Assembly: GCA_020137815.1 (NCBI GenBank)
Contig: CM035361.1
Coordinates: 6,076,001 to 6,140,000 of the forward strand
DNA: 64,000 nt
Origin: Hormiphora californensis
Taxonomy: Eukaryota > Animalia > Ctenophora
Direction of reading: 5' to 3'
Made by a program: the position numbers and the translations under genes. Shown here one piece after another: positions 1-14,300 of this stretch. The notes below the pieces were generated by a model. The model did no database searches, was not told where the DNA came from, and saw only the letters and a list, made by a program, of their open reading frames with translations. Each line of letters begins with the position of its first letter. The stretch's first letter is position 1.

Positions 1-1211
1 GGGAGGAGGGGAGGGAAAGAGAGGGGAGGGGAGGGGGAGGGGGAGAGAAGGGGAAAAGGGAAAAACGAGGAAAAAGAGGGGGGAGAGGTGGGGGAAGAGA
101 GAAGAGAGGAAATATAGAGGGGAAAGAGAAGGAGAGAGAGGGAGAGAGGAAAAGGGGGGGGAGAGTAGAGAGAAAAAGGGGAAAAAAGGGGGAGACTGAG
201 GATAGGGGGAAAGAGAAAAGAAGGGGAAAAAGAAAGAGATAGAGAAAGAAATAGAGAATGGGGGTTATTGTCCTTTTCTTTTTAACCGTCCCGTCGGCAC
301 CGTTTTGAATTCGTCTTTGGCACCTTTTAGATTTCCCTCTCTACGGCGACCGTTTATGTAGTGCACTGAGTGCAGTTGTATCAATTTAGTGTTGTTTTAA
401 AGACGCTATGCTTGCTAACGATTATTATATCACGTGACATACGGTGAGGTCACATGGTAATTGGCTAACTAATCCACAGAGGAACTCGTATCACATATTA
501 CATCATCCGCGGAGAGATATGATACACATCAAACATTCAAGATAATATCTCGAATGAATCGGATATCTGTGTGCATCAAAACAGCTTTGCCGAAAGTAGA
601 TATTATGTACACGTTACATTGTGAGTGACATTGGAGAGTTACAAATCTTTTCAATAATGTCACTCGCAATTCACATGCATCGGTCAAGAGATGAATTGAA
701 TATTGACACATTGTTGAAATATTTTCCTACGCAGAGTATGATCGGCAACGCCTCTCTTAAGAAATAATTTTCATCTCTCTCTCTGATATATTTTTGTAAC
801 TGTATTTACCTGTCTATAGCACGTGTGCACGTGTGCACGTGTGTGACATACAGTTTTTTGACAAAGCGTGGGAGTGAGTATTATATGTGGGAGGGGGACT
901 CTCCTTTGTTGAGTAAGGGGTTACTCAACTCAAGCTCTCATGGGGGAGGGGGACTGATCCAGAGAGGGGTAGTATTTGATTCTTCTGTGGGAGGAGGGCC
1001 AAGAAGTAGAGGGTGTCTGTAGAGTGAGTTAGAAGATCGCTGAGGAAAAGTACAGGGCTTGTACAAATAGTAGTTTCCATTTTGAAAAGACAAATGTGAA
1101 AATTTACAGTACCCACTTTCCCAATATATTAGGTGATCAGGGGAAGTGGATAAAGTGGATAAAGCTGTACGATAGCGGTGATCTAAATATGGTAATCTGT
1201 TGTAATTTTCG

Positions 1212-1434
1212 AGAGGGGGGGGGGGGGGCATTGCGGGGGCCAACTGAAGCAGAGGGGGGGGGGGGCATTGCAGGGGCCAACTGAAGCAGAGGGGGGGGGC
1301 ATTGCAGGGGCCAACTGAAGCAGAGGGGGGGGGGGGCATTGCAGGGGCCAACTGAAGCAGAGGGGGGGGGGGCATTGCAGGGGCCAACTGAAGCAGAGGG
1401 GGGGGGGCATTGCAGGGGCCAACTGAAGCAGAGG
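1212..1434. repeat. Minisatellite, 6 copies of cattgcaggggccaactgaagcaga separated by variable G-runs
   Basis: Directly visible tandem units with G9-G14 spacers. Confidence 0.95.
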
Positions 1435-1761
1435 AAATGTAATCTAAATTGTAACTTTAAGGAAAATTAAACATTTTGGATCATTGGGGCCTTAGGGATT
1501 CTGGAGAAAACCTGAAGAAAAACCTTTTAAAAGCTTAAGAAACCCTGAGGAATAACCTGAAGAAAAACCGCTTAAGAAACCCTGAGGAATAACCTGAAGA
1601 AACACCTGCAGACGAAAACATTTATTTTAGAAGATCCCTCCCTGAATCATACAGAAAAATATCTAACAGAATAACGTGAAGAAAAACATGAACCTATTCA
1701 AAAAAATTTAGAAGATCCAGCTGGCCCTGAATTATGTGCTTTATTGTTTTTATCAACTTAC

Positions 1762-2606
1762 CATCTTCACATAGTGGACCTTTCCATCCCTCCTTACAGC
1801 GACATTGAGTTGGCGTTAGACACGTCGCCTTTTCCTTACTACAAGGACAGTCAGCTGAGAGGAAGAGGAGAATTAGGGGTTGAATTCAAAAAGGACGTCC
1901 AAGGGGTAGGGTAGGGGTAGCCAATTTCGGACATCTCTGGATAGGGGAGAGAGTGGAGTATTAGGATATCGTACCAATGACCCTGAATATGATGTGTATC
2001 TGAGTATCCTAGAAGTGGGAATGAAAAGATTGGATATGATGTGAACTTACAGCGAATGTGGTGATGGTGAAAGTGTTTCCTTCTGCTCATTCTCCCGCGG
2101 TGGTAAGGAGGTGATCGTTTTGTTATGTTGTGGGGAGGTGATCGTTTTGTTAAGTTGTGATTTTCTTGAGTGATGATCTCTGGGAAATAGAGATGTGTTG
2201 TGGAATGTTCACATTGTACGTGGAAATTGGGTAGGTGGGAAACACGTCCGGGGTGTGGTCATTACAAGTCAAAACTAACCAAAACATCCATGTTTTGACT
2301 TGTAATGAATATCGGGCTACCGAAGATTTTCCTGGTAATATTCATGATCTAATTCTACAGCAGCTGGGTGATGCAAACTTTACCAAGAAATTTCTTTTGC
2401 ATTATATTATTCTTAGGTATTGCAGTGGGACAAGGGTCGCCTTTTTATTTCTGACATTCCATATCCAATCAAGCCTCTATTTACCGGACTGCTCGGGGAA
2501 GAATAAATGCACAGAATATCAAGATTACGGTAAATCAAGGTCCAGTAAATCGAGGTTTGACTGCTGTAATATCACTTCTTGAGTCGAATATCCATTCAAG
2601 CATATT

Positions 2607-2679
<73 letters not shown>

Positions 2680-4572
2680 TATTCCTGACACTGTCTTTCT
2701 ATGTCAATCTGATTCGATTTTACATTTTGACCCAAAATAAAAATATATGCAGGTGTAAGCATGAAAAGTGCGTCCAAAAGGCGATAAAATGCACACTGCG
2801 GTCGCCAGTCAATTGGAAGGCTTTTACCCAAATTCGAGAGAGCACTTAGGCAGGAACGTGCGGGTGGGTATGTGTGAAAAGAGAGAGAATGGGAGAAAGT
2901 GAATGGAAGAAAAAAATAAGGAACGAAATATGAAAGAAATAGGATTTGGGTTAAAAGAAGAGCGAATAAAAGAAAAGAATTTGCCGAGAAAGCATGAGAA
3001 AGTAATGTGTGTTCTTACTTCTTATTAGATAAGAAGGCAATCGTGCAATAAGAATGGTATTGTCTCATAGTGTCCTTAGTAATTATTATTATTATCCTTA
3101 GTAAGAGTTTGAGAATGGTATTGTCTCATATTATAGTGTGAATTTCACCTTGGCAGATCCTTAGTAAGAGTTTAAGATAAGAATTCTTATCTCAAACTCT
3201 TACTAAGGATCTGCCAATCTGTTGACATGAATCCATGCTTTGGCATGATAATGATTCCGAATGATCATTCTTAACCTTGTGAGTATTGATACCAGTAACG
3301 AACGGGTTATGAAATATATACGGTAATTATGATAGATATAATTTATATTGACTGAATTATAATATGTTGAATACATAAACATATTCCACATGGATGGCGG
3401 ATGCAACATATCATCCTATGGGGGGCCAGCCCATCCTATGAATGCACAGATATAAACTGTTAACTGTATTTTATAACACGTATGCAGATCTATATCTGGG
3501 TTTGACCATTGATGATGATATATTTTGGTGCACCCCAGAATAAACTGCAAACAGGGAGATATGATTATGTGTTTGGTGAATGATAATACTAACACATGTG
3601 ACATGATATATATATTTTGGCATCTATGTGTGTAAAATCGTGCTGGGGTAAGCTATTTTCCCTCTTTCAAGCCCCACCCAAATTATGATGACGCTAACAA
3701 ACATACGGCCTTGATCAAGTCTCTAATTTGAGAATTGCAAGTTTGGCAATTACCCAACGTTTCACTTGTAATTTGAGAACTAACTATAATTATTGGCTAC
3801 TTTCTCTAATCAGAACTTCCCCGTCAAAGAGAGACAGAAACCTGAAATAACCCGGAAACTCAGCTTGGCAATTGTAACTGACACAGAGCTGCCGGTAATT
3901 CAGAGATCTACCCCAACATTGAGATACTTCCTCGCCTGGAGAGTACTCTACACAAGTAACCAACCAATCAGAACTCGTTATTTAGGTCACGTGAATGGTT
4001 ATCAGCCAATCAGGGACCAGTATTTCCTGATTCGGTCGGTTCCTGGAGAGTACTCTGATCTTGATGAGACTACTTCCTGGTGCCCTGTTGTTCTAATACT
4101 ATTGACTGAAAGTCTACAGAGAAGACAAAGAGTTGACGGATAGATAGCTGAGATTTGACAGGTGTATTATAACTCAGTGGTTTCTTGGAAAAATCTCTAC
4201 GTTTTGAAGTGCACTTGAGCAGCATGGTGGTGCCTCATTTGCACGGTGCACTACAGCTATTGTGATCATATGACATATCCTGACTTAGAACGATGAATCC
4301 TACTGTACTTCACTGTACTTCACTAATTGACTGTTTCTCAAGTTTGTCGTGAATGCTACATCTCGTGAGATGGTGGTACCCGCCCTCCCTGCCGACGGAC
4401 CTCCCTGAGATGGTTCAGAATATCATGAATATACTATCATGGTAGCATTGCAGTAGAGATGCAATGATGGTATTCACAGTATCACGTGGCCAGCTAGGGT
4501 ATAATGGGACATTCTGTACTGAGAGACAGGTGGCGGGTAATCACTGAGAAAACTAGGTTACAAGGTGTGCTT

Positions 4573-4604
<32 letters not shown>

Positions 4605-4920
4605 TCTCTCACTCTCTCTCTCACTCTCTCTCCCCTCACTATATGTTGAGTCAAAACCCACATTTTTCAATCAAACTAATGTGATTTTGGATCCATTATT
4701 GCGCCAAAATATATTTAGGATTCCAGAAAAATGGGAATGGGGATAAAGAAAGATGGGGAAATGGGATAGCTTAGTACTTTTGAGGACCAACTGCTGCAGT
4801 ACTACAGTTCGCCAATGAAGGAAACACCTTTCAACGAGGAGCCCTGTTCACCATACACAACTAAAGTACTCTTCCGTATCTCTATTTCGCTCTAGAGACT
4901 CTCCATCTATCTTTCTTCCA

Positions 4921-4999
<79 letters not shown>

Positions 5000-6600
5000 T
5001 TGTCCTCTTTAGCCTGTACTACCATTTACTGCTACAACAGTAACCCCAATGAGGTTCTGTCTGCATGCTTCCTATCCAATTGCACGTCACATGATAATGA
5101 GGGGCACTTGTTATTACACGTGTAACGACCATGATGTCACTTTGGAGGGTAAAACGTACTTGATTTTCCAAGCCGTTACCACCTCTAACTGTGTTGGATT
5201 GAATGAAAGGAATTCCATTCTCTGTGTTGGCCACACATGAAACAACATGCATGGAGACCGAGTATCAATTTCACAAAGTTCCAGCTGCGTGTTTCAGCTT
5301 CCATGAAAGTTCGAAGAGACTGAAACTGCAATGAGATTACCTGACCTAGGAGATCTGCGAGGCCTGCAGATTGTGAAACTAGTAGGTATTCTGAAGAAAA
5401 GTCAACAGAAACCGCAATGAAGGATCACTGTCAGAGCATTGCCCTGACCCTATTCTCAGTGCACAAAAAACTGCATTGCACAAAGAACTGCAGTGCAGGG
5501 AGCATTGGCCTCATAGAAGCTGATCCCCTTGATTCGTATCGTAACACTTTCAAGCCTCAAGACCTTTGTATTCCTAACTTTAATAGGTAAACTTCATTAT
5601 AACACAAGTGCCTAGTGCCTAGTGGGGGATCTGAACTTTCAATACACTAGGTACTACACCCGTATACGGATATGTAAATATATATGACACATACTCCATA
5701 CCCAAGTATTATTAGCACATGTATGCATAAACACCATACACAAAATAGCACCCATTTTTCTCGGCTTTTATCTCCCCTTTCTTTCTTCTATATCCCTTTA
5801 TTTTCTTCTTCTCTTTCCTCCATCTTTGTTTTTCCTAAACTGTTCATTAAAATTCTTTAGTGAAAAATGCAGTTATATTACCCGAGATATGACCTAAGAG
5901 ACCGAAGTAGAAATTCAATCGATTCTGAAAGCAATAGCAACAGAGATTTGGGAAAAAAGCAGGGACAATACCAAAGCAGCAGAGATTTGGAACGTGATTG
6001 TTTGTCTCTATAATTATTGCTTGAAAGGTACACCGCTATAACACGTTTCAATAACAGATATATATATGAGATCTCTAACCAAATCAATGATGAATTGCCC
6101 CCAACTTCCCAACAATTTTATATTATGCAAGTTCATATTAATATAATTTCCTACATGGCTCAGAAATATGCCGACACGGAATATATCTAAATCTAGTTAC
6201 AATGTTATCACTTTCTAGGGTTCCTGGTAGTTCAGCTTTACAGACAGACTGACATACAAATTGGTAAACACGGATATGTACTATTATTTATCAGTGCCGC
6301 ACCCCATGTTGGGAGGGGAGAGAGAGAGAGAGAGAGAAGAGAGAGGGAGAGAGAGAGAGTGAGAGAAAAGAGAGGAGGATAGATAGATAGATAGAAATAG
6401 CAGTCGACCCACAATCCAATATATATGTTTCTGACAGGTATATGTGTGAGAGAAATCAGTGTGTCAGCATACTCCTTATTCACATCAGAAATAAAGATAT
6501 ATCCTTCTTCAGTTTTCACATGATGAAATCAGAAATATCTATCGACTAAGATCTCCAAAACAATGCGTAAGAGAGAGAGAGAACGAGAGAGAGAGAGGGG

Positions 6601-6686
<86 letters not shown>

Positions 6687-8295
6687 GAGAGGGCTGCATG
6701 ATCATATGATATGAGTCTAATATCATTTGAAGCACTTCTGTGCTCATTCAGACCCCCCCTGCACCTCTAAGAATGCAGCTCTGTTTTGTGATAATTAAAT
6801 CTTTGAATGAGAGTGCACTCACAACATAGTGAAATGATGAGAGCGAGGGAGAAAGATCCAGGGCAGATTTGATCCAGGACCAAAACAAAAGACTGTGAAA
6901 TTTGCCCTGTTCTTGATTTCAAAATTTGATGATGATGACGGATCTCTGCTCCGGGCTTGACCCTATTACATCCTGTGTACTAATGACTAATTTCTATTAT
7001 TGAATCCTCGTAAAATTGTTCGATAAAATAAAAGTTTGAAAGCAGAAAATGCTTTTAAAAGAAACCCTCAAACATAAACATGAAAATTTTAAAACTTTTA
7101 AGTATCACATTGTTTTCACAATGAATCGCAAATCGTGCCGGGATCATCATTCCCGAATCACGAGACACGAGGTGTTAACTTATTTAAGAGAAGAGTGAAT
7201 CTAAAATCCACGAATTCAATCCAAAATCCAGGAATTATATCGGGAATTAAAAAACTTCGAGAAACAAAAAGGGGCCTACCTGCGGAACAGCCTAGCTCTC
7301 CCTCCACATGTGTCCACCCTTCACAGCAGTGATAGACTGGTATCCTACTAGGTCTATAGATCTTTTTCGTCCTATTTCTGTACTTTACTCTGGGAAGGAA
7401 AAGTAGAGATATTTATTGGTTTCAGATACAGATTCACAGGAAACAATTGATTGCAAGGCTACAAAGAAGCAATTTCTAGTGTGGGAAAGTTTCCTCTATA
7501 ATCAAAGGTATCATTATGTCAGGAGGGGATTGCAGCTATCTTGATACTTAATAAATTAACGAGTTCAAGGATTATCGAAGATATAATATCAAAAGTAATA
7601 TTTCCACGCAAGTTACAGAGAGAGATCAGGGAGAGGGACTAATGTTGCAATAAATTCTGCACCTTTATCGGAATAGAACAATGTTCGGAAGAAGAAGAAA
7701 CAATCAAAGCTATCAAACTAAACTAATTAAGTAACGACATGACAATTGACAATTATTGTTACCCCTATTATATTATTAACTTACTGTGTTTCAAAACACT
7801 GAGTTCTGCCTGGTTGTGTACAAGGAACTTGGACATCTTCCGTGTATTTGACCCTAACTTGTTTCTTTATTGCCTCATCAGGTCCCTTCTTAATGAAGTA
7901 ACAGACATTGTCCCTGGGGAGAATGTAAACAGGATTTAAACATTTAGAACTCTGGTATTATAATCGTGCTGATAGATGCGGGTTTCCTAGGTAGGAACAT
8001 GTAAGCTAATATATATTGTGTTGTTATCTGTTGTTTATAAAAGCGGTGTGTTGCCAAGGGCGTGATGACATCACATTCTAATTTCCCAGGGGAACTACAG
8101 ATTTGGAATCAAAACAAGACACCAACCTGTCTGCATGGTTCCTAAGACGTCTACAACAAACAAACAAATCACAAACCTGTCTGCATGCTCCGGTCCAAGT
8201 TCTATCAAATCTGCCTCGCTGAGGTGCCTTGAGGCGTGGGTTTTATGGATTACAAAGGACAAGTACCACGGAAATAGTAGTGTTGTCAGTATCAT
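1762..8295 (-). CDS. Secreted EMI-domain + EGF-domain protein (EGFL7/8-like architecture), multi-exon; 3' end uncertain (candidate last exon ~925-1015)
   Basis: Phase-consistent GT-AG exons: 8177-8295 ([21 protein letters not shown]..., signal-peptide-like), 7785-7913 (DNVCYF...[12 protein letters not shown]), 7280-7389 (...[23 protein letters not shown]-terminal CCxGW), 1762-1854 ([34 protein letters not shown]). Confidence 0.75.
3150..3217. repeat. 68-bp near-perfect palindrome (mini-MITE/hairpin)
   Basis: ttggcagatccttagtaagagtttaagataagaa / ttcttatctcaaactcttactaaggatctgccaa, one mismatch, centred on gaattc; partial copy near 3093-3110. Confidence 0.85.
3952..4045 (+). mobile_element. 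5'-truncated copy of the ~109-bp hAT-type MITE
   Basis: Matches copies at 25682 and 63177 and keeps the right TIR ttcggtcggttcctg; 15-bp direct repeat cctggagagtactct at 3935-3949 and 4042-4056. Confidence 0.8.
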
Positions 8296-9146
8296 AACAC
8301 TCGAAACTTGGTATCTCTCTGAGCAAAGGAGTAAATTAGTAGTGCAGGGATGTCTTTATCCCTTATAAGGGATGGTGCAGTAGTACCTTGGATCGTTGTG
8401 GAGCTTGACTGCGGCTATGCGTTACTTTTATACCATATTTTGTGCTTGGAATATGTGAATTTAATGAATTATTCGTTATCTAACACTAAGCATGTACAAG
8501 ACTAGACTGAAGGCTTCGCGTAGGGTGAGATTCCTTACTACGCCCAGTGGAAGCTCGGGCCGCGGCTAAAGTCCCATCATTGCACTGTGAGTGGGCTATA
8601 GTGTCTACAGACCCTCCCAGAGGGAGCGCTCCAACCTGTCCACCCTGTAGTGGACCTAACACGCACACCTGTCCCCCCTCCCATGAGAGGATTCTGGCAG
8701 GCACAAGAATCCTACCCTTCACACCCAGTAAGGGTCCCCTCCACCCTGCAGTGGAGCGCCCCACCTTGTCTACCCTGTAGTGGACCTAACAAGCACCCAA
8801 CTCGCCCGCCTGTTCCTTCCTTCATGAGAGGACACTGCCAGGCACAAGAATCCAAACCTACATAGAACCCTTCCAGAAAGGGTCTGCTCCAACTAACCAA
8901 CCGCTTACGCGGCTGTCAACAGGCCATAGGGGGTACACAGCTGCCGGTCCCCAGGCCAGGGGCCTTCAATTCCTGGTCACTAGGTAGCAACCCTCTACAT
9001 TGTTAACAAAAGGCATTCCATTACTGCCCTATTCCTTTATCTGTTTTATGGATTCCTATTTTAACTCATACAACACATCATTTCAGAGTGGCTCCAAGAG
9101 CCACCACAAACCCTTCTCAAAATCTTACCAGCCACACTATCTTAGC

Positions 9147-10380
9147 ATGGCTAAAAGAAATAGAGAAGCCACTGGAGAAACTCCAGACAACTCTAGGCCT
9201 CCTATCCCCCAACAAGTGGAGGAGGATGGGTCGGCAACCCCGGTAGGAAACTCCGGTATGCAGACCCCTCCCCGTGAGGAAATCCCCCCAGTGGATGGAG
9301 AGGTTGAAGTCCTCCCAGAACAAGAACAGGCTCTTTTGGAGGAGTCCGAGGGTAAGGCCAAATCCGCCATAGAGCGGTCAAATCTTTCCCTCACTTTCTC
9401 CCCAATCCCAACCACCCAACCCCTAATTAACCTCCCAACCTCCCAACCAACAGGTGAGGTTAAGGAAGAGGACAACCGTGCCCCCATCAACCGTACCCCC
9501 ATCATCTCCACCCCCAGAGGTCGCGGGAGAGGGAGAGGCAGTGGGGGGAGGTCATTGGAGGCGAGGGAACGTAGAAAGGCCAAGAGAATCCAGCAGTTAG
9601 CTGACAGGAAAAGGGGAGCTAAGAAGGATAATCCACCCCTGAATGGACAAAATCCTTTCTCCACCCCCCCAAACACCAACAAGGGGCAAAAACCCCTCCT
9701 TCCAAACCCGCCAAACCGGCAAAACAACCGGGACAGAGTGGACCAGAGTGGCAAAAGGATTTCCAACCAGCCACCAGTCCACCGCCCAAACAACAACAAC
9801 AACAACAACACCCCTCCGGTGGCCCGACCCACAGCCACCATAGAGTGGCTCGGGGAGGGTCCACCGGACATTAACCGGCTACGCCGGGACGTGGTCCTAA
9901 CCCACTTTAGTACCGAAACCACTCCCCTGAGGATCACCGACGCCAGAATCTCTGGCAAGTCGGTGGTCCTCTCGCTGGAGGACGAGGCCAGCCTGGAACA
10001 CACGTCCCGGGCTATTGAAAGCCTCTCATCCTGGAGTTTAACCTCTTCAAACGAGGGAGCCAGACGCCTGGTCATCAGGAGCGGAAGTTGGCTCCATGGA
10101 GCCACAGGCCGACAGCTAACCAACATGTTGGCGGCCTGCAATCCACCAACGGAGGACCAGCCTCCATTCCCCACCTCCCCCCACGCTATCACAGTAGTGG
10201 GTTGGCACTACCAGAGCCCCCCCCCAATCCTCCTCCGCCCCCGATCCTCCCCTCCCGACCCATGCCCTTGGGTTTTTGGAAGTGTGCGAGGCAACCTACA
10301 AGGCCATTGTAGCGAGAGGCTTTACAGCGAGAGGAGCGACGGGAGGGCTTCTAAAATTCGAATTCAGTCGCCGGCAGTAG
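9147..10380 (+). CDS. LINE ORF1 (gag-like), probably with a frameshift in the C-rich tract 10216-10260
   Basis: ATG at 9147 (MAKRNRE...), basic/Pro-rich region; an alternative frame THALGFLEVCEATYKAIVARGF...LKFEFSRRQ* stops at 10380, 4 nt before the ORF2 ATG. Confidence 0.7.
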
Positions 10381-10384
10381 GCCG

Positions 10385-13300
10385 ATGACCATATCTCCAC
10401 CACTGAGTGGAGCAACAAATCCACCCTCGAGTGGTTCGGTAGTGCCAAAAACCAACAAAAAACCATCAAGAAAACAATCAAGCCGAAAACCCACCTCGAG
10501 TGGGCAACCCCAATCCACAATTTCCACCCAAAGTGGAACTTCCACCCAGAGTGGAACAACCGTCCCGCCCCCTCCAAATGACCTCCCTCCCACCTCCGGA
10601 TCACCATCTACCAAAGGTAAGGATCTTAGAGTGACTCAGATTAACCTCAATAGAAGTCACCACGGGTGGGATGATATTATTAGTGAGAGTTCAACCAACA
10701 ACCACATAATTCTCACTCAAGAGCACCCCCTAACCAAGAAACAGGGGAGACTAAAAACTAGTGGAGGTTATATCGCTATCTACGATAAGCGGGCGGACAA
10801 TCCGAGGGCTGGCATCATGGTCCACAAAGATCTGTCACGTAACATATTCTTCATGGACGCCCTCTCGGACCGCGACACCTCCACAATCATTCTCAAGATT
10901 AACAATAAAACCATCCTGCTCAGCTCCATGTACATGGACCGAGACAAACCCTGCCCTCCCGCGCTACTAGGGGAAATTACAGCCCATGCAGCCAAACATA
11001 ACTATCCAATGATAGTGGGTACAGACTGTAATGCTCACAACTCCCTCTGGGGGAGCAAACTAAACGACACGCCTGGTATCAAAAGAGGAGACGCACTCTT
11101 GGAGTTCCTCCTCAATGAAGACCTTCACATATCAAACATTAACTCTCCACCAACGTTCGACAATGGTCGATGGCAGAACGCCATAGACCTGACCATATCG
11201 AATAACCAAGCAGTAGAACATGGTCCGAAAATGGCAGACCAACCCTATGAAGTGCCACTCAGACCACATCCCAATAACGTTTAGTCTAGTGGGAGCGGAC
11301 ATCTCCAACATCCGTTCTTTCCACAACCCCAAGAAAACTAATTGGTTACAATTCCAAAAATCAGTAGAAAAAGCCATGTCCGAAAGCCCCATCCTCAACA
11401 AAAGTATCATCAATGCTGAAGACCTAGAGGAGCACGCTACGGAACTGACTAAAATCCTAATCAACGCTTACAAAGAGTGCACCCCACTGACCCACATCTC
11501 AGCCACCACTAAAGATCCAGTGTGGCTCACGGAGGAAGTCAAGTCCGCCAGGAGGTCCATGATCTCCGCGCTGACAGCAGCTCAGAGCGGCAAGACTCCC
11601 CCCTTATGGGAAGAAGCAAAAGAAAAATCAAAAATATACAAAAAACTGAGAGACCAATCCAAACGCACAGCATGGCAGTCTTGGACAGGCGAAATGGACG
11701 CCCTCTCTGACGCTCAAAAAATTGGCCAAGTAATTAAAGATAACCCGGGCAATAACCTTAGTTGTCTGATCAAGCCAGACGGCTCCCTGACGTGCAGCCC
11801 AGCCGAGACCCTGGAACACATGCGGGACTCCCTCTTTGGAGAAGACCATAGCACACGGCCATCACTTACTCCATTGAAAAATGGATCCAAAGAAGAATGG
11901 CCCAGTGAGCATGTCTTCTCCATACCAAGAATAATCAGAGCACTCAAAGAGTTCAAACCGCTCACAGCGGCAGGACCAGATGAAATCAGACCAATCATGA
12001 TGCAAAAGGTTGCTCCAGCCTTCGCTACTTACTTCCAAAAGATAGCAATTGCATCTTTCTCCCTTGGGGTCACTCCTCAGTCTTGGCAAGAGGCTGAAGC
12101 AATTTACCTCCCAAAGCCAGGAAAGAGTGACTACCGCCAACCAAAATCATTCCGAACCATTACCCTAGCATCCAACCTCCAGAAGCTTATGGAGAGGCTA
12201 GTTCTATGGCACATCGAAGTGGACCAAAAAGTACACAAGAAACTCAACAAAAACCAGTTCGGATTTAGACGAGGTGCGTCCACTGACACTGCCCTCCACA
12301 AAGTCGTCCGAAAAATTGAACACACCCTCATGCACAGAGGAATAGCCATGGCAACCTTCCTCGACATAGAGGGCGCTTTCGACAACGTGGCCTTCAAAGC
12401 CATAGAGAGAGCACTACACAACAAACTAAAAGACAGTAAAACGGCCAACTGGATTACCTACATGATCTCCAATCGCCGAGTCAAAACCTCCCTCTTAGGA
12501 CACACCCTAGTGTTCGGCCTGACAAAAGGCTGTCCCCAAGGAGGAATTCTATCGCCATTCCTCTGGAATCTGGTGATGGACGACCTCCTCAGCCTAAAGA
12601 AAGACAAAATTCCTGGTGATCTCCAAGGGTTCGCAGATGACCTCTGCCTTCTAGCCGCAACAATATCGCCTCCAACGAAAGGCAATGCGGCTGCAGACAT
12701 CTACCCCCTCAGAGAAGCAACCCAGAAAAGCCTATCCACCATTAGCAAGTGGTGCAAATCAGTGGGACTCAAGCTCAGCGCTCTCAAATCCCACACAGTT
12801 ATATTCACCCACCGTCACAACATAAAACTCAGAGAACCCATCAAGGTAATGGGTCACGAGATCAAAGCAACCAACCACACCAAATTCCTGGGTGTCACAT
12901 TGGACTCCAAGCTAAATTGGTCGAAACATATTGATACCCAAATAAAGAAATGTAAGCAAGTCCTATTCCAGTGCAGGAGAGCGGTGGGCCCAACGTGGGG
13001 CTTCTCGCCAAAGACCATGCTGTGGATCTACAAATCCATCATACGGCCCATGCTCTCCTATGGCGCGCTCGTATGGGCCAATGCCATGCTGACACAGAAA
13101 AACAAGATAAACACATCAAGAATACAAAGACTTGCCCTCCAAATGGTAACCGGAGCAATGTCCAGCACACCAGGGAAGGCGCTCGACATGATCACCCACA
13201 CCATGCCCATAGTAGACCACCTGAGACAATGCGCCATTAAAACAGCGTACACGCTCAGAGCGGCAGATCAGTGGGAAGGGAGCATAGTATCACAGCTACC

Positions 13301-14300
13301 ACAACCAAAAGTATTCACATCCCACGCAAACACAGTGGACGAATGCCTAAGCCTCCTTCCAGCAGAGTGGGAACATGACCACACCATCCCTCAACTCATC
13401 CTCGACCGGGAATACTCCCTGGAGATCCCGGACGCAGAGGACTACAAAGAAGAGGGAGAGGACGATCACACAATAATAGCCTACACAGACGGTTCCAGAA
13501 TTGACGGAAACGCCGGCGCGGGCCTCCTAATCCGTGAAAATGGACAAGAGGTCCACTCGGCCGCCTTCAACCTGGGTGATACCACAACAGTCCCTATGGC
13601 CGAAATGATAGCCATCCAAAACACCACCAAACACCTCCTTGGCACAGGAACTGCCAATCAAAAAATCCTAATCAATTGCGATAGCCAAGGAACAATCAAA
13701 GCACTGGATAGCACCGTATGCAGATCCAAAACCACCCAAAACACCATTTCCAACCTGAACGCCCTTGCAGTTTTCAACACCGTTAAAATACGGTGGATCC
13801 CTGCTCACAAAGGCCACGAAGGGAATGAACTAGCAGACTCCCTCGCCAAAAAGGGAGCACAAGAGATTGAAAACATCATACGCCCTCCAATCCCGAAGAA
13901 AGCCGCCTATGCGGCCCTCAGGGAGAAGACAAAAATGACAACGGCTCCAACGGCTCACATGAATCTTTTCTGGAACCCGAACCACGTCAAACAGCTCCAG
14001 AAACTGGACCGAAACCACTTGAGAGCGGCAACCCAGCTTCTGACTGGACACAACACACTTAAATACCATTTTCACAAGATGAAACTAGCAAACACTCCAA
14101 CCTGCCGCCTATGCGGCATAGAAAATGAAACAGCCAAACACCTCCTCACCGACTGTCCAGCTCTCTGGAAACAGCGGCAAGAGAGGTTTGATCGGCTTGG
14201 TTTAACCCTCGATGACATCAAGAATGGCTTCCCGATCACCAAGACTGTTTCATTCTTCATGGATATCCTGAAACAGTTAAACCGGGGGGAAGAGGACTAA
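10385..14300 (+). CDS. LINE ORF2: AP endonuclease-reverse transcriptase-RNase H-zinc knuckle, split by one frameshift near 11220
   Basis: QINL, LTQE, GTDCNAH, IDLT and SDH (APE); QFGFR, FLDIEGAFD, GCPQGGILSP and FADD (RT); YTDGS, AEM, CDSQ and WIPAHKGHEGNELAD (RNase H); CRLC...HLLTDC. Confidence 0.93.

Noticed and set aside
1-260. Purine-only tract
   Set aside because: Probably a degraded or miscalled (GA)n repeat; no structure supportable.
938-1422. Pro-rich ORFs, and the SL/LTSPH/FVCL-repeat ORFs elsewhere in the track
   Set aside because: Translations of mini- and microsatellites.
1212-1434. CRISPR-like repeat-spacer appearance (also 24014-24208, 38134-38392, 52805-53627)
   Set aside because: No unique spacers, no cas genes, eukaryotic intronic or intergenic context; these are minisatellites.
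4386-5390. Extra minus-strand exons for the EMI-EGF gene ([17 protein letters not shown]; GGPSAGRA)
   Set aside because: Phase-compatible, but EMI joins EGF directly in this architecture and there is no homology support.
8520-8620. HDV-like ribozyme at the LINE 5' end
   Set aside because: A P2-like pairing and ggctaa are present, but I could not build P1, P3 or L3; needs a covariance-model search.
9137-10192. 351-aa antisense ORF in LINE ORF1 (and the 163-aa antisense ORF in CFAP99)
   Set aside because: Shadow frames explained by codon bias; no recognisable domain.
11200-11284. Programmed frameshift between the APE and RT ORFs
   Set aside because: No slippery heptamer, and it falls inside the APE domain; a 1-bp mutation or sequencing error is simpler.
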